From Camelus ferus (lineage: Eukaryota), in contig NC_045697.1 in assembly GCF_009834535.1 (NCBI RefSeq), positions 72,728,001 to 72,792,000 of the forward strand: a DNA stretch of 64,000 bases, written 5' to 3'. The notes under the pieces were generated by a model, which saw only the letters and a program-made list of their open reading frames with translations, made no database searches and was not told the origin of the DNA. The position numbers and the translations under genes are program-made. Below are positions 13,442 through 26,900 of the stretch, in pieces; within the stretch, counting starts at the first letter, position 1; each line of letters begins with the position of its first letter.

Positions 13442-15091
13442 TAAACCCCTTCTTGCCTTGGCTTGTGGGAGTCAACACATCCTTCCTTATCTCAGAACTC
13501 TGCTGTGCAGACCCTCCTCACAGTAAAAGTTGACATGAGAGTGATGTGCCTTTTTGCACTTCATGGTCCTAAACTAGGGTACAATTTCTAGCTGTACAAC
13601 TTTTGATGGGGTTCAGGAATAATGGCCTAGCTCTACTCTATCTGACTTCCTTTTAGAAGCCCATCTCAACACTATCTCTCCCAGAGGAGTAATGAGAAAA
13701 AGTAGCAGATGTATTTCATTTAACAAATATGAATGGTTTATCACTATCCTCTGCATTTCACTCTGCTATGTCTTGCAACCACAATAAATCCATCAGCAAC
13801 CCCTTTCTTCTCAGTCATACACATGGTATGTTATGTGGTAAGATAAGAGAAAGGTTTCATGATACTGTCTCAAAGTCCTGAAATGCAATTTGCCTAGCCA
13901 GAAGCCCGGCTCTTATTTTAGGGAACTAAATGCTCTCTTGCATTTTTCCCTTGCGCTTTGATTTCTGAATGCCAGCAGGTTTTATATCCTCAGTTTTGTA
14001 ATGTTGCTTATTGATGGGGAAAAAAGGGTAAAGCTGAAATGTGTTGCTTTCCCACTGCCAGCCAGTGGGAAACAGCAGGGCACCGTTCTCAGAGCAGATC
14101 TATTCTTCCCTTGTTCTCTTCCTGTTAAAAAGCTTTGTTTTTGCAGCCTTGAGCTGTCTTTCCAGTCAGCTCATTATGGCGTTAGCCTTTCCGTGACAAC
14201 TTTTGCAGAATGACACCATACTGTAATGCTTGTCCTGTGACATGGCTCTGTTTATTTTTGTCCTTTGGTATGCTGAAGATGCCAGGATGCTTCCAGTGAA
14301 ACAGCATTGCTTTTGCTTTTCCCTCCTGCCCAGTTAGCCATTTTATGGTTAAGACTTCTCTTCTAGACGCTCAACCCCTCCTTAGGCTGTATTATTTTTT
14401 TCAGTCTCAGATTCTGAGCAAATTTGCCTCCTTATCTATCATGAGCCTTAAGATGCTGCTGTTACTTTCTGGCAAGTTAGGATTGCTGATTGAACCAGGC
14501 TGATTTAGAGTATGGATTTTAACAAATAAGCGTGTTTAATACAGTTTTGCAAAAGTGGTTGGAACTCATTAGGTGTGTAAAAATGTGTCACCGCCTCCTG
14601 TTACTGAGTCTTCTGGGTTTTACCTCACATTCTCTGCTTCTTTTGGCTAAGAAGACACCCGTGCACACCTTTTTGGTAGCATGGCCATAGAAGCAAATAA
14701 ATACAGGAGACAAAGAGAGCTGTTAAAATTCAGGGGTAGGGAATGGATTACAGATACTTAAGCAGGAAAATTATATTTTAAAAATGATTTTTTGAGCAAG
14801 TTTATATCAGCAGTTTGCAACATGAACTGTGGATGGGACTTGGAAAGGCAATGGAGGCAGAAAGGGCATCCACCTGTGAGAGGCCATGACAGTCAGAGGA
14901 GTGTGAGAAGAAGAAGCCTCTGGTGGAGGGGAGGACTGAGGAAAAGGAGAGAGGAGCCAATCCTAGGCAGCAACAGAACAGCAGGGAGGGCGCAGTCAAA
15001 TGTAGGAGACATAGAGAAAAGAAAAATAAATGTAATTCCAAAGTCTAGAGAGAGACAGTTCAGAGAGGTGAGGAAGTTGGGAGGGCATTTT

Positions 15092-16139
15092 TTTAAACCA
15101 TTAAAAAAAATTGAAGTATAGTTAATTTACAATGTTGTGTTAGTTGCAGGTGTACAGCAAAGTGATTCAGTTATGCATACACACACACTTCTTTTTCTTT
15201 TTCAGATTCTTTTCCATTACAGGTTATTACAAGATACTGAATATAGTTCCCTGTGCTATACAGAGTAGGGCCTTGTTGTTTATCTATTTTATATACAGTA
15301 ATGTGTATATGTTAATCTCAAACTTCTAATTTATCACCCTCCTCCACTTACCCCTTTGGTAACTGTAAGTTTGTTTTCTATGTCTGTGAATCTATTTCTG
15401 TTTTGTAAATAAGTTCATTCATATCAATTTTTTGGATTCCACATATAAATGATATCATATAATACTTGTCTTTCTCTGACTTACTTCACTTAATATGATA
15501 ATCTCTAGGTCTACCCATGTTGCTGCAATGGCATTATTGCGTTCTTTTTTGTGGCTGAGTAATATTCCACTGTTTATGTATACCACATCTTATTTATCCA
15601 GTCATCTGTAGATGAACATGTAGGTTGCTTCCATGTCTTGGCTATTGTAAATAGTGCTTCTATGAACATTGGGGTGCATGTATATTTTTTAATTAGAATT
15701 TTCATCTTTTCCAGGTATATACCCAGGAATAGAATTGCTAGAACATAGGGTAACTCTATTTTTAGTTTTTAAGGAACCTCCATACTGTCCACAATAGTGG
15801 CTACACTAATTTACATATCCACCAACAGTGTAGGAGGGTTCCTTGTTCTCCACACTCTCTCCAGCATTTATGATTTGTAGACTTTTTAATAATGGCCATT
15901 CTGACAGGTGTGAGGTGATAATTCATTGTCTTTTTAATTTGCATTTCTCTAATAATTAGTGAACATCTTTTCATGTGCCTGTTGTCCATCTGTATGTCTT
16001 CTTTGAAGAAATGTCTATTTAGATTTTCTGCCCATTTTTTGATTGGGTTTTTGATTTTTTTATTAAGCTGTATGAGCTGTTTGTATATTTTGGAAATCAA
16101 TTCCTTGTCTGTAGCAATGTTTGCAAATATTTTGTCCCA
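15092..16139 (-). mobile_element. 5'-truncated L1 (cetartiodactyl type), ORF2 C-terminus and 3' UTR
   Basis: ORF 15801..16100 gives L1 ORF2-like [14 protein letters not shown]...[13 protein letters not shown]. Flanked by an approximately 17-bp target-site duplication. Confidence 0.95.
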
Positions 16140-17104
16140 AATTGGGAGGGCATGTTTAAAGTAGATGAAGAGACAAAAAAATACTTAGTTTCACAGGCCA
16201 GTAAGACATGTTTCTGATGTGTTTGTTAGTATGTATTTCACTCAAAGTCAGTAATTTTTATTCCAATGTGGCCTTTTTTATTTATCTGCTTCTGACATTC
16301 AGTAATGCTGTATGTTAGAACACTTCATCATTATCATGTCACATGGAGAAAAGTTTACTTTAGCATTTTTTTGAATGGTGTGAAGTGTTTTCCAATCATA
16401 AACAGTTTACTTTTAGACTCTGGTAGAACACATCAGACCATCTAAAAGAAATGAAAAGGGATAAGAAAAATTGAATAAAGGAAGCAAAAGCAAAGTGTAT
16501 TATTCCCCCAAATTCTACTTCTTGGAAGAAGATCAAAGAGGCTTGAAGAATATTGTAATCCACTGCTGTAATGTTAATTCTAATTTCTAGGCAGATATGA
16601 ATTTTGAATCACAAATTTTTCTGTGGAATAATACATACATGAATGAATGCTAAAGAGACATTAATAAAATTATGACTTTAATTGAATGACTACAATTAGA
16701 CATTTTATTTTTAATCATTAATGATTACATGGAAATTTTGGTTTTAATAAAGTCAATTTAATGTAGCTAACCTTACAAACAAATATCAACAAGTGCCATA
16801 GATACAATAAATATAAGAGAACACTTCCTAAAATTCCTAATTTCTGTCACAACTTGTATTATAGTCTGTATCTTTGAATAATAGAGGATGACCATATAAG
16901 CTATCTGAATACATCCTTACAACAAAGACAAACATAAAACCACTTTACATTTTTTATTATATGTATTATACTTTCATTTATTTGTGTGCAGAAATCCTAT
17001 ATCCCTTTTCATCCCTGGGTCTGATATTAAGTTATTAAGAATCCTCCTGGACAAAGAGAACCAGAAAGATTGTTCCTGCCTTTCAGGACAGTTGTTTGAA
17101 TTCT

Positions 17105-17269
17105 AGTCCATTGACTCTGACTCCAACACAATTTCCTGGAATGCTTATTAAATAAGCAGGATGCTACTGAGATCCATTGAATTAAAGTTTGAAGTTTAAG
17201 TCTAGGAATCTGCATCTTAATAATTGCTTTAGATAATTCTTATACTTCCTTATGTTTGAGAACCTTTGT
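17105..17269. mobile_element. MER5-type hAT MITE
   Basis: ctaggaatctgcatcttaa...gtttgagaacc terminal motif. Confidence 0.6.
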
Positions 17270-17672
17270 CCCAGAAATCCACAATATCTGACATAAGCAA
17301 TGATTAATATACATGAACAGACCATAAAATAGTGGATAAAATATTTTTATATGCAATAAACCTTTTTTATTACATTCATAGCATAGCCCATGAATGAACT
17401 CATAGTAGATGCTTAATATTAGTGAGTAATAAGACAGTTTATGTACCAGATATTGAATTACCATGGCAACCTGAGTACTTTCAGTTTTTAAAGCAATTCA
17501 TTGAATTGTTTTTGATTACAAAGAAAGGAACTGTTTTTACTTTTTAGTTTTGCTATGTGACATAAACAAGTTTGTTTTTCATGATTTTAAAACAATGAAA
17601 AGTGAAGCATTGAAAGGTCTTATGGGAGAATAAATACATATAGGTCTTAAAATATGCTTGAGATTGACTTTC

Positions 17673-18408
17673 AAAAGGGACCCCCCTCCTACACTGCTGG
17701 TGGGAATGCAGTGTGGTGCAGCCATTATGGAAGACAGTATGGAGATTCCTCAAAAAACTAAAAATAGACTTACTGTCTGATCCAGCAATCCCACTCCTAG
17801 ACATATATCTGGAGGGTACTCTAATTCAAAAAGACACATGCCCCACAATGTTCATAGCAGCACTGTATACAATAGCTAAGACATGGAAGCAACCTAAATG
17901 TCCAGTGACAGATGACTGGATGAAGAAGTTGTGATATATTTATACAATGGAATACTACTCAGCCATAAAAAAGAATAAAATAACGAATGCCATTTGCAGC
18001 AACATGGATGGACCTAGAGATCATCATTCTAAGTGATGTAAGCCAGAAAGAGAAAGAAAATTACTATATGATATCACTCATTTGTCAGATCTAAAAAAAA
18101 GAAAAGAGGACACTAATGAAGTCATCTACAAAACAGAAACAGACTCACAGACATAGTAAACAATCTTATGGTTACTGGGAGAAAGGGGGTGGAAAGGGAT
18201 AAATTTGGGAGTTTGAGATTTGCAAATGTTAGCCACTATATATAAAAATAAATTAAAACAAATTTCTTCTGTATAGCACAGGGAACTATATTTAATATCC
18301 CATAATAACCTTTAATGAAAAAGAATATGAAAATGAATATATGTATGTATATGCATGACTGGGACATTGTTCTGTACACCAGAAATAGACACATTGTAAC
18401 TGTACTTC
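17673..18408 (+). mobile_element. 5'-truncated young L1 (camelid-like 3' UTR)
   Basis: ORF 17713..17934 is L1 ORF2 ([34 protein letters not shown]); 3' UTR gggaactatat...tgtacaccagaaat. Confidence 0.95.
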
Positions 18409-18459
18409 ATACTCTGACAAAATAAAATGAAGATTGATCCAATTTGTTGAGGCCTTATG

Positions 18460-18933
18460 CCTGTTAGGAATATATCCAACTATAATAATCAAATAGGGTT
18501 TATTTTTCTCACATAACAAATCTCTAAGTGGGTAAGGTGTTGGTTCAACCTCCCCATAGTGTCTGTTACCTGGAATCTATATCTTCTCTCTTTGTTCTAC
18601 CATCTCAGCATCCTTTTTTTTTTTTTTTGACTTCACTCAGTATGGCTTCTGTAGTTCCTGGCTTTATGTCAGTATTCAAAGCAGAAAGAAGGGAGGAAAG
18701 GATGGTCCTAACTATTGCTTTTTTTTTAAGTCAGCAAATGAAATCTTTCCCAGAAATTCCTTACTAGATTTCCCTATTTGACTTACGGCTTTTTGACCAG
18801 AACTCTGTCACATAGTAACCTATTGTGAATTTGGGAAAATGAGTAACTAGGTTTTGGATTCTCTAATAGGTGGTAATGGAAAAGACAGTTGGGAAATGAC
18901 TTACAGGTTGGCCAAAGAACAGTGTCTGCCACA
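18460..18933 (-). mobile_element. Old MaLR LTR (MLT1K/L-like)
   Basis: gtttatttttctcacataacaa, tctttcccagaa, gaccagaactctgtcacat; ends gtctgccaca. Confidence 0.65.
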
Positions 18934-19125
18934 ATGTCTTCTCATCCCTAGTGGCCCTGGGGCTGGACACTTTAAGACTGCTGGGAGCATAACTAATGAA
19001 CAGGCTGCTTACCTACCATGTAGGGCTTCCTGAAGTTCTTTCAAAATCTTGCTTCTGTATCACTTGCTGTTCATTTTGGCCCTGCACATGATGTTTCCTA
19101 ATTCCTGATTCCACCTCCCTTTCTG

Positions 19126-19370
19126 ACAGTGAGGTTTAGTAGTGGGGACTACAGGCTCTGGACACGGGTGGCCTGAGTTTGAATCCCAGCTGGGGTACTT
19201 TCTAGCTGTATAATCTTAGCTGGTTATTTGACCTCTGTGGGGCTTCCTGTCTTCATTTGTCAAGTGTGAAATAATAATGGTACCTACCTTATAGAGGTAC
19301 TGTAAAAATTAAAAGATATAACCCTATGCCTAAACTATGCTAAATGCTTGATAAATGTTAATGTTATTAT
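19126..19370 (+). mobile_element. MIR SINE
   Basis: tttgaatcccagct...ctagctgt...ctcatttgt...ataataatggtacctacct core. Confidence 0.85.
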
Positions 19371-20011
19371 TTTGATTTATCTTTCAATCTTACCAATGTA
19401 TGTAATCACAATACTTGACATACAGAGGAAGCTTAGCTAAAAATTCCCTTACAATTTCCTTCTTTGTGGATAAATGACGCATTTTAATGTAATGGTGTGT
19501 GTGTATTATGTTTGTGTGATTTGTGGAGGTGAGGTGCAACTAGAATCTTTTCACAGAAATGTCCTAGGCCCCAAGTTTTCTGCCTTTTTGAGACGATTAC
19601 CTAAGTGAACTATATTTTGCAAAGATGAATTTCTAAAATAATCTTAAATTTGTAAAAACAAATTTCTAAAATCTTTATTTTTTTGTTATTAAAATGTCTG
19701 CTTCAGCAGGAAATGATGAAACATCTGAGTGCCATTAAGAGACATCAGGACAAGCTGGGAAAGGAAGGGAAGTACATGCCTCCACCTTAGCACTGGGCAA
19801 GGAGGAGCCTAGGTCCTGAGCAGAGCAGCTGCGGGTGGTTGGAGGCTGATTTTCATGTTCTCTCTTCTCCACTAGAAAGTTTCTTTACTGCAGATCCCTT
19901 TGTGAAAGTGCCTAAAAATAAGGATTGCTCCATTCTAAAAAAAAAAAAAAAAAAAATTGCCTGCCATTATTTCTCCAGACATGTACAGGGACACTGGGAA
20001 TGAGAGGAGGT

Positions 20012-20120
20012 TGTGGCAGACACTGTCCTTTGGCCAACTCAAAAGTCATTTCCCAGTGGTCCTTTCCATTGCTGCCTACTGTGGAATCCAAAAGTTAGAT
20101 ACTCATTTTCCCAGACTCAC
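20012..20120 (+). mobile_element. ERVL LTR33-like 5' fragment
   Basis: tgtggcagacactgt...aaaagttagatactcattttcccagactc. Confidence 0.55.
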
Positions 20121-22368
20121 ATGATTTCTCCTGACGTATAACATCATACTCTCCATTATTTTGTTAGTACTTTCCCCATTGTTTATTTCTGGAGCGTAGA
20201 TATTTATAGAAGTTAAAATGGTCCTCCAAGAATGTTTTTTTTCAAGAACAAAATGCACGGCTTAGAGAGAAGAATAATCTGACCGAGGAATAGTTGGGAG
20301 GGCACTTGAAAGTGAATGTGCCTCATTGGAGAAGAGGATGCTGATTAGAAATGTGGAGGTGATTCTGAGGCAAACTGTTAACTTCTTTACTGTTTTACCC
20401 CTGTTCAGCTCTTGTTCCATCTTTTGATTAAGGTGTACTCACTTTATGATTTACAGAGCACATTTTCTTGCCCTTGGTATTTAAGTAATTGAAGTTAATC
20501 TCTTTGAAGGAGATCTCAGTTGAATTGATTTAAGATTTAAAAATCATTAAGAGAAAATTAATAAGAGAAAACATTTTATGGTAACACAGATATTATAGTC
20601 TTAGCCCCTGCAATCTGACCCAATAGACAGAATAAGCTCCAGCAAAGCAGCCAGTATGAGGCAAATGTTCAGCTTCTCTCATTAAAAAACAGGATTATGC
20701 AACAATATAGACTTTGCAAGAATATTGTTTTAAGAAGGAATTAAGCAGAATTTGTTTATCTACCTTATTTTCATACTAGAAATCCAGCCTGGAGGACTCA
20801 GGTCCTAGATGTCTCTGGATATGTGGAAGAAATATCCTGGCTTATCCAGAGATTGGAGTCTGACAGAGGGAGAGGAGAAAAGAAATAGAAGGAATGACTC
20901 TAGGAGGTAATTAATGCCATAGGGCTTCTGAATTCTGATTTCTACTGTTTAGTTTTGGTTTCCAAGAGGATGATGCAAGGCATAGGGAACTTAGATAAGT
21001 GAGTAGGAGGGAAAGAGCAGGGTCTTTTTACCTGCTTTCCCATTTGTAGGGTGACAATCCAACTTACCATTCAGAGTGCAACATTTTTTTTTAGAGTGAA
21101 GACATTCTAAAATCCACACTGAGGCGAATAGCAAAATCCAGGATTTTTTTTCCCCCTTTGGACAATTGGTAGATATAGTTAATCTACTCTGTGCCAAGAA
21201 GGTGTGCATAACCAACCTTCTTCAGAGAATATGGTGTGGCGTGCTAGAGTGAGTGCCCAGATGACTCTTCTGTGTGTAATGCACCCTGAGTAAGAATCAG
21301 TCAGCCTGTCATCAGGAAGCTTCTGGTGAGTTTTGGTGACTCCACAGCAGAGACAGGTGAAAACTTCATCTGGAGGCTGGATGAAGTAAATGGTAATCAC
21401 CAAGGGCCAGTGGTCTATGAAGACAGCATAAGTCAACGAGCCTACTGTGATCCAGGGGCAGCCTGGATTATCAGAGGCCATTAGACTGTAGTGACCAGAA
21501 GACGGAGGACATTGCTCCAAGAAACAGTGTCCGCATGAAATGAGGGGTGCCCTTGCTTGCTGTGGCACAAGGACACATAAGCCATATTCCTTCCCTTATA
21601 TCCCTGGAGGTCAATTAGGAAGAGAAACAGGGGATGGGGTAGCTGTACGGGAGGTTAAATATTTTTATTAAATAAAATATTAATAGAGAGATGTGTGACC
21701 TCTTAAGTTATAGGGTAGGAGTAAATTTAAACTAGATATAAATTTATTTGAATTTGTATTTGTGGAAAGATTAGTTATAAATAAAATAAAGGAGCTATGT
21801 CTCTGCAAATCTAAGTTGTACTGAATTATGTGATCCTCCTTGCTACATTTAAATAATTATATATTTACTGATAGAGGCCAGAGATCCCTTCCCTATGTAT
21901 TTCTTCTAAAAAACCTTAGTAATATTATCATTTTTTTTGAATCATTCCCTGGGATCAGTACTTCATATGACCTCTCTAATCTGAATAGTCCTAAGAGACA
22001 GTTATTATTTTATTTTATAGCTAAGTTAGTCAAGGCTAAAAGAAATCAGAGGGCTTGATCTAGTTCATCTAATTCATAAGTGATAGAGCTAGATTTACCC
22101 CAAGCTAAAATATTTACGTTGCTTACATAGTACATTTCATTCTAAGCTTCTTTATTTTATCGCAAATATATTAACGATCAGTGCATTGGACTCTTGACTT
22201 TTCAATCTCTCTTCTATGTGGTTTTAAACCAAATTAGTAATTTGGTTAATTACTGAACTTTTCACAGGCTAATAATAAATTTTCTCAGCTAGATTTAAAA
22301 TTTCTTTGTGTTTTCTTCTTGATTGTCCTATGTCTGTTTCTTGCATCACTGTCATCTTTATAATTTTC

Positions 22369-22840
22369 CATTCATTCAATAAGTGTTTATTGAGTACCTA
22401 TTATATTTCAGGAGCTGTTTTAAGTTGAGATATATGAGTAAATGAAACTGATAATGATCCTTATCCCCTTGGAACTTTATTCTACTGGTGGGGACCAAAA
22501 ATAAAATGAGTGAGTAAGTTGTAAGATATAGTAGAAGGTGATAATTGCAGCACACATAAATGTAATTCTGGGTACTTGGAGTTGGTAATGGGCATGGTTT
22601 GCTATTTTAGGGAGAGGATAAGAATAGGTCCATTGAGAAAATTCCATTTGAGAAGAGCATGAGGAAGTTACTTTGCACATGTCCAGAGGAAGAGCAGCTC
22701 ATGTGGAACAAAACAGACAGTGCAAGTGCCCTGAGGTTGTGTGGCCAGAGGACAATAAGTAAGATAAAGTCAGAGAGAGATACAGCTGGGGGTGTTATGT
22801 GGAGAGATTTTATAGGAACTTGAAAAGTCATTGCAAGACA
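22369..22840 (-). mobile_element. L2a 3' region
   Basis: cattcattcaataagtgtttattgagtacctat antisense tail and further L2 motifs. Confidence 0.85.
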
Positions 22841-25031
22841 TTTTAGAAGACTGCAATAAGACATCTGAATAATTTCATACTCTTTTTTAACACCTTGTAG
22901 GGCTATAAGCATGTACTTCTTTTTACGGGCAGATGACGACTTTACTCTTTAAATTTCTTTACCAGCAGATAGTGACATCAGGACACATTATGTTTACATT
23001 TTTGTTGAGGGACCATAATCTATCATAGATTATTCTATTAGAAAATTAGTGGTTTCTCTACCCAGAAAGTGATTTTTAGTTCCTACATTACTAAAAGTCA
23101 CAGAGTTCTCCCTACCATCTTCGACTAGTTTGTGGGCATCAACTGTTTTTTAAAGCCACCATAAACCTCAAGATCAGGTGACACCATGGACACATAGGAT
23201 TTCAAGAGTTGTTGTTCCTTTTCTTTTCTGTCTTCCTGCTCTTTATATTTTGCTCAGTGATTTGCAGGAAGGAGTTAAAAACAGCTGTAATCTTTTATCC
23301 ACTAGACTAGACCCCAGAGTAAAAAGAGTAAAAATTATATTTAGTAGGAGGAAAGCCTTATCTTGACAATGCCATCAGCGTGATGTCCAGTCTAAGTATA
23401 CCTGGCAAATAAACCTTGGAACCCTGGAAAATGTCCCCTAAGCTACGGAACCCTCTTGGGTATACCATGAAGATGTTTTATGATTGAATGCTCTCACTGT
23501 GTGAGGATGCTGTGAACCTTTCTTAGAAACCTCATCCATTCTTGGTCAGAAGGGCGGGTCTGACCCAACAAGGAAGAACTGGGGAGCCACCTTTGATGCC
23601 CCAGATCTTCCTCTTGTTTGTCTAATCCTTTAAATTGAAATTATTCACTAGAATGTAACACTGGTTAAAATCATCTCTGATTCATGTTAGTCTGAACTGA
23701 GAATTTAATCCTGTGCTAGTTCAGTGATAGAAAGTGAATCTTCAAAAATTATTACTTATAAGAAAGGACCAAATTTACCACAGGTTCATGGACTGTTGCT
23801 TGTAAACCCAGGGGAAGAAGCATCTCTGAATGATATTATTTTGGGGAAACTGGGCTCAAATATTCTGAGTGGAATCTAAAGATAAGTGGCATGTTAGTAA
23901 GAGGCAAGAAAAATTTTAAGCAAACTTGGAGTAAGAAACATGTTCTTTCAAATTTGATAGTTAGGAACTATTAGCTCCTTAAAGAAATTCTGCTATTGTT
24001 TGGTGCTTCTGAAATTCCTTTTCTAAGAATTGTTTCAGGAAATGTATCTTTAAAAATATTTCTGAATATAGCATATATTTATTCTTTTGGTGGTGTATTT
24101 CATTTTTAGGAGAAATTAGAAGCTACTTAGAAATGAGTGCTATGAATAAGGTAGATATTTGAGGATTTTTAAATGTGTAAATGTATAGTAATGTGACTTA
24201 TTTTCTTGAATGGTTTATAAGTTAAATGTTTTGATAATTCTCAAAATGAAGTACAAGACTATCTGATCAAATAGCTTTATTGTAATAAATTATATTTTCC
24301 CAAGATGACTGCACTGTAGGGCAGTACTCATTTGGCTGTTTTTCTTCTGACCACCTACCCTGATCATCCTACTTAAGATACCTACTTTTATCATTTTATT
24401 TAAAATATGTTTTTGATCAAGAACTTTGTTCAGTGGATGTTTTCCCCTATGATATTGGTAATAATTGCTTTATGGAGACCAGAACTGTCTTTATATTATG
24501 TATTTTAGTTTTCTCCTAATATCAGTGGAATGGCTCAGAGCAAAAGAGTATAATTTTCCTAATATGCATAGGAAGGAATAATTGCTTTTTTTTATTAGCA
24601 GCCTAATTAAAATCTATTGCATTGTGTTTATCCACAAAAACCTACATTTTGCAAATGACTAATGATTACAAGAAATAACACTCTGTAGACTTTCTCCTAT
24701 GTAAAACAAGGAATTTGCTTACTATGCTTTCTTTATCTATATCTGAGCACTATGATTTAGTTTCTGTTGAAGTGATATGATTTCTTTCCTAACAAAAAAG
24801 ATGATAAATTTAGGAGTAACTTACAAAAAATTGAGATCAGCTAAATAGTCCTAAAAACTGAAAAGTACTTGTTCTTCTTCATGCTCTGTATGGTTATTGT
24901 ATGTGCATTATGTGTCTGTGTATCTGTGCATATACATTGATATGACACACATTATTTTTAAAATAAAAATATTTCTAATAATATATGAATATCTCAAATA
25001 TTATAAGGTAAAATAAATATTGGTGTGTGTA

Positions 25032-25464
25032 TGTCATTTAGGATCCTCTGAGGACAAGACACTGAGAATTAGCAGTCTGAGAGGTTTAATGGATGGTAAT
25101 GCCTGTGAGAGATAAAGAGGGGAGGAAACAGATTTGACAGCAGCAAAAGAAAAGGGGACTGGAGCAGGATTGGGTACGGGACTCTCAGACTGTGATGCAC
25201 ATATGACAAAGCCTTGAACAAACCAACAGGGAGGTGTAGACCAGAGATGCCTGATAGAAGAGTCTGGCATTTGGCAGAAATGATCATGTCCTAGTGCCCA
25301 CACCATGCTCAGTTGTTAGCTATTATGGGCTGTTGGGGAAGAGGGTGACTACTACTCAAAAAGAGGTGGGTACTGAAAGCACTGATTTTTGGGAGCTGTC
25401 ATAACTGCACTCCTTGTAGCTGAATGGCAAGTTCCTTTTTGAAGATAGATCCACAGCTGCCACA
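25032..25464 (-). mobile_element. ERVL solo LTR (LTR16-like)
   Basis: tgtc...ggatcctctgagg, aatgcctgtgagagataaag, cagactgtgatgca; ends gctgccaca. Confidence 0.7.
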
Positions 25465-25534
25465 GCATGCATGATGTGTGTGCATACGTGCATGTGTGTG
25501 TGCGTGCATGCGTGTTTGCATGCGCATGTGTACA
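25465..25534. repeat. Alternating purine-pyrimidine (TG/CA/CG) tract
   Basis: gcatgcatgatgtgtgtgcatacgtgcatgtgtgtgtgcgtgcatgcgtg...gcgcatgtgtacac. Confidence 0.9.
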
Positions 25535-26367
25535 CTATTATGGTCAAATTAGAGTAGACACAAGAAAGTCCTCTATCATTTAGAGTCTACAATTTTGTAA
25601 GACATTCTGATGTTACAACCCATATAAACAGGTTTAATAAACTTGCCTGTCTTACCTTGGAAAATTAATACACTCATTTTCCTTTTCATATTTGGTGTAG
25701 AAGGCACGAAGAAAGGAAACTGAGAGAGAGTTAGTAGTGGATTCTATGGAATGGTTGGTTTATCCTTGCTCAGAGGTAGGAAAATAGAAAGAAAGCCTCT
25801 GAAAGAAGAACTGGATTGTGATCTTTATTTCTCTGATCATTGACTTACCCACATCAGGTATACCTGACACATTAAATGGAATCAGAAAACAGCTCTACAA
25901 GAAACATTGGTAGCATGTATCACTAAAGTTTATTTTATTAATATTAAGTTATTTTTATTTTATTGGTATTTTAAGAAGAATTTAGTATGTTAAGAACTCT
26001 GTAGTACCAAGGATAGTATCAATGGTGGGTAAGTATAACAAAAAGGCAGATATATAGCTGGTAGAGAGTTTTATAAGTCAGAAATTCTTTTTAATTGATT
26101 TTCAAACACTGATGCTGATTTTTTTTTGTGCCTGAGGAAAAAGCAAAAGTCATATATAATACATTTTGACACAAAACACAGAAATATATTGGATTTATAG
26201 ATTTTTTTCCTTCAGAGAAATTTTCATCTATGCTCTTTGTTCTTATCAAAGGGATGTTGATGTCATTTTACATATCATTTTTGAAAATGCATAGCTGTTG
26301 CCCAGTTAAATAGGTATTTCACATGACCTAAAGTGGTTTATGAACCTGTAATGTTCAGAACATCTTC

Positions 26368-26900
26368 TCAATCAACAGATACTTATGACTCAGACTTTGG
26401 AATGGCATTGTGTAGCATACATAAGACAAATAAGATAAGGCTTTTTACCTTTATGAACATCTAAAGTACTTGGAGAGGTAAGAAAAATGTACAAAATACA
26501 AAGAGATACTGACACAAGGCAATATATATTCAAGAATGTAACTAATTTTAACCACAGTAGTGATTTAGAGATGGATGAGTTGGTTGGGGTTGGTTATAGA
26601 AAACATATGGAGGAGGTTGACTTTAATCTGGACATTGGAAAATAGATAGATTTTGAATAGAAAAAGGAGAAACAGCAGAAATAGCTTAAGCATGATTGGA
26701 GACATCAATTGGCATCATTGTGTTATACAGACATTGTGCTAGAGAGACTGATCTGATTTGGATGAATGACTTATGCTGGGAATGAGAGGGGAAGTAATGT
26801 GCAATAATTTGACTCTGGAGCCCAGATTATAATGATCCTGGGGTTATATATGGCATAAAAGGCAATAAAGAATTATTGTAATAATAAAATGCAATCAGAG
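26368..26900 (-). mobile_element. Diverged L2
   Basis: caatcaacagatacttat tail and purine-rich L2-like body. Confidence 0.5.

Noticed and set aside
15801..17934. ORFs with real protein similarity
   Set aside because: They are L1 ORF2 C-terminal remnants of truncated retrotransposons, not genes; the same applies near 33022 and 47951.
20812..20852. 10-bp inverted repeat tctctggata...tatccagaga
   Set aside because: Short arms with a 21-nt spacer; plausible by chance in 64 kb.
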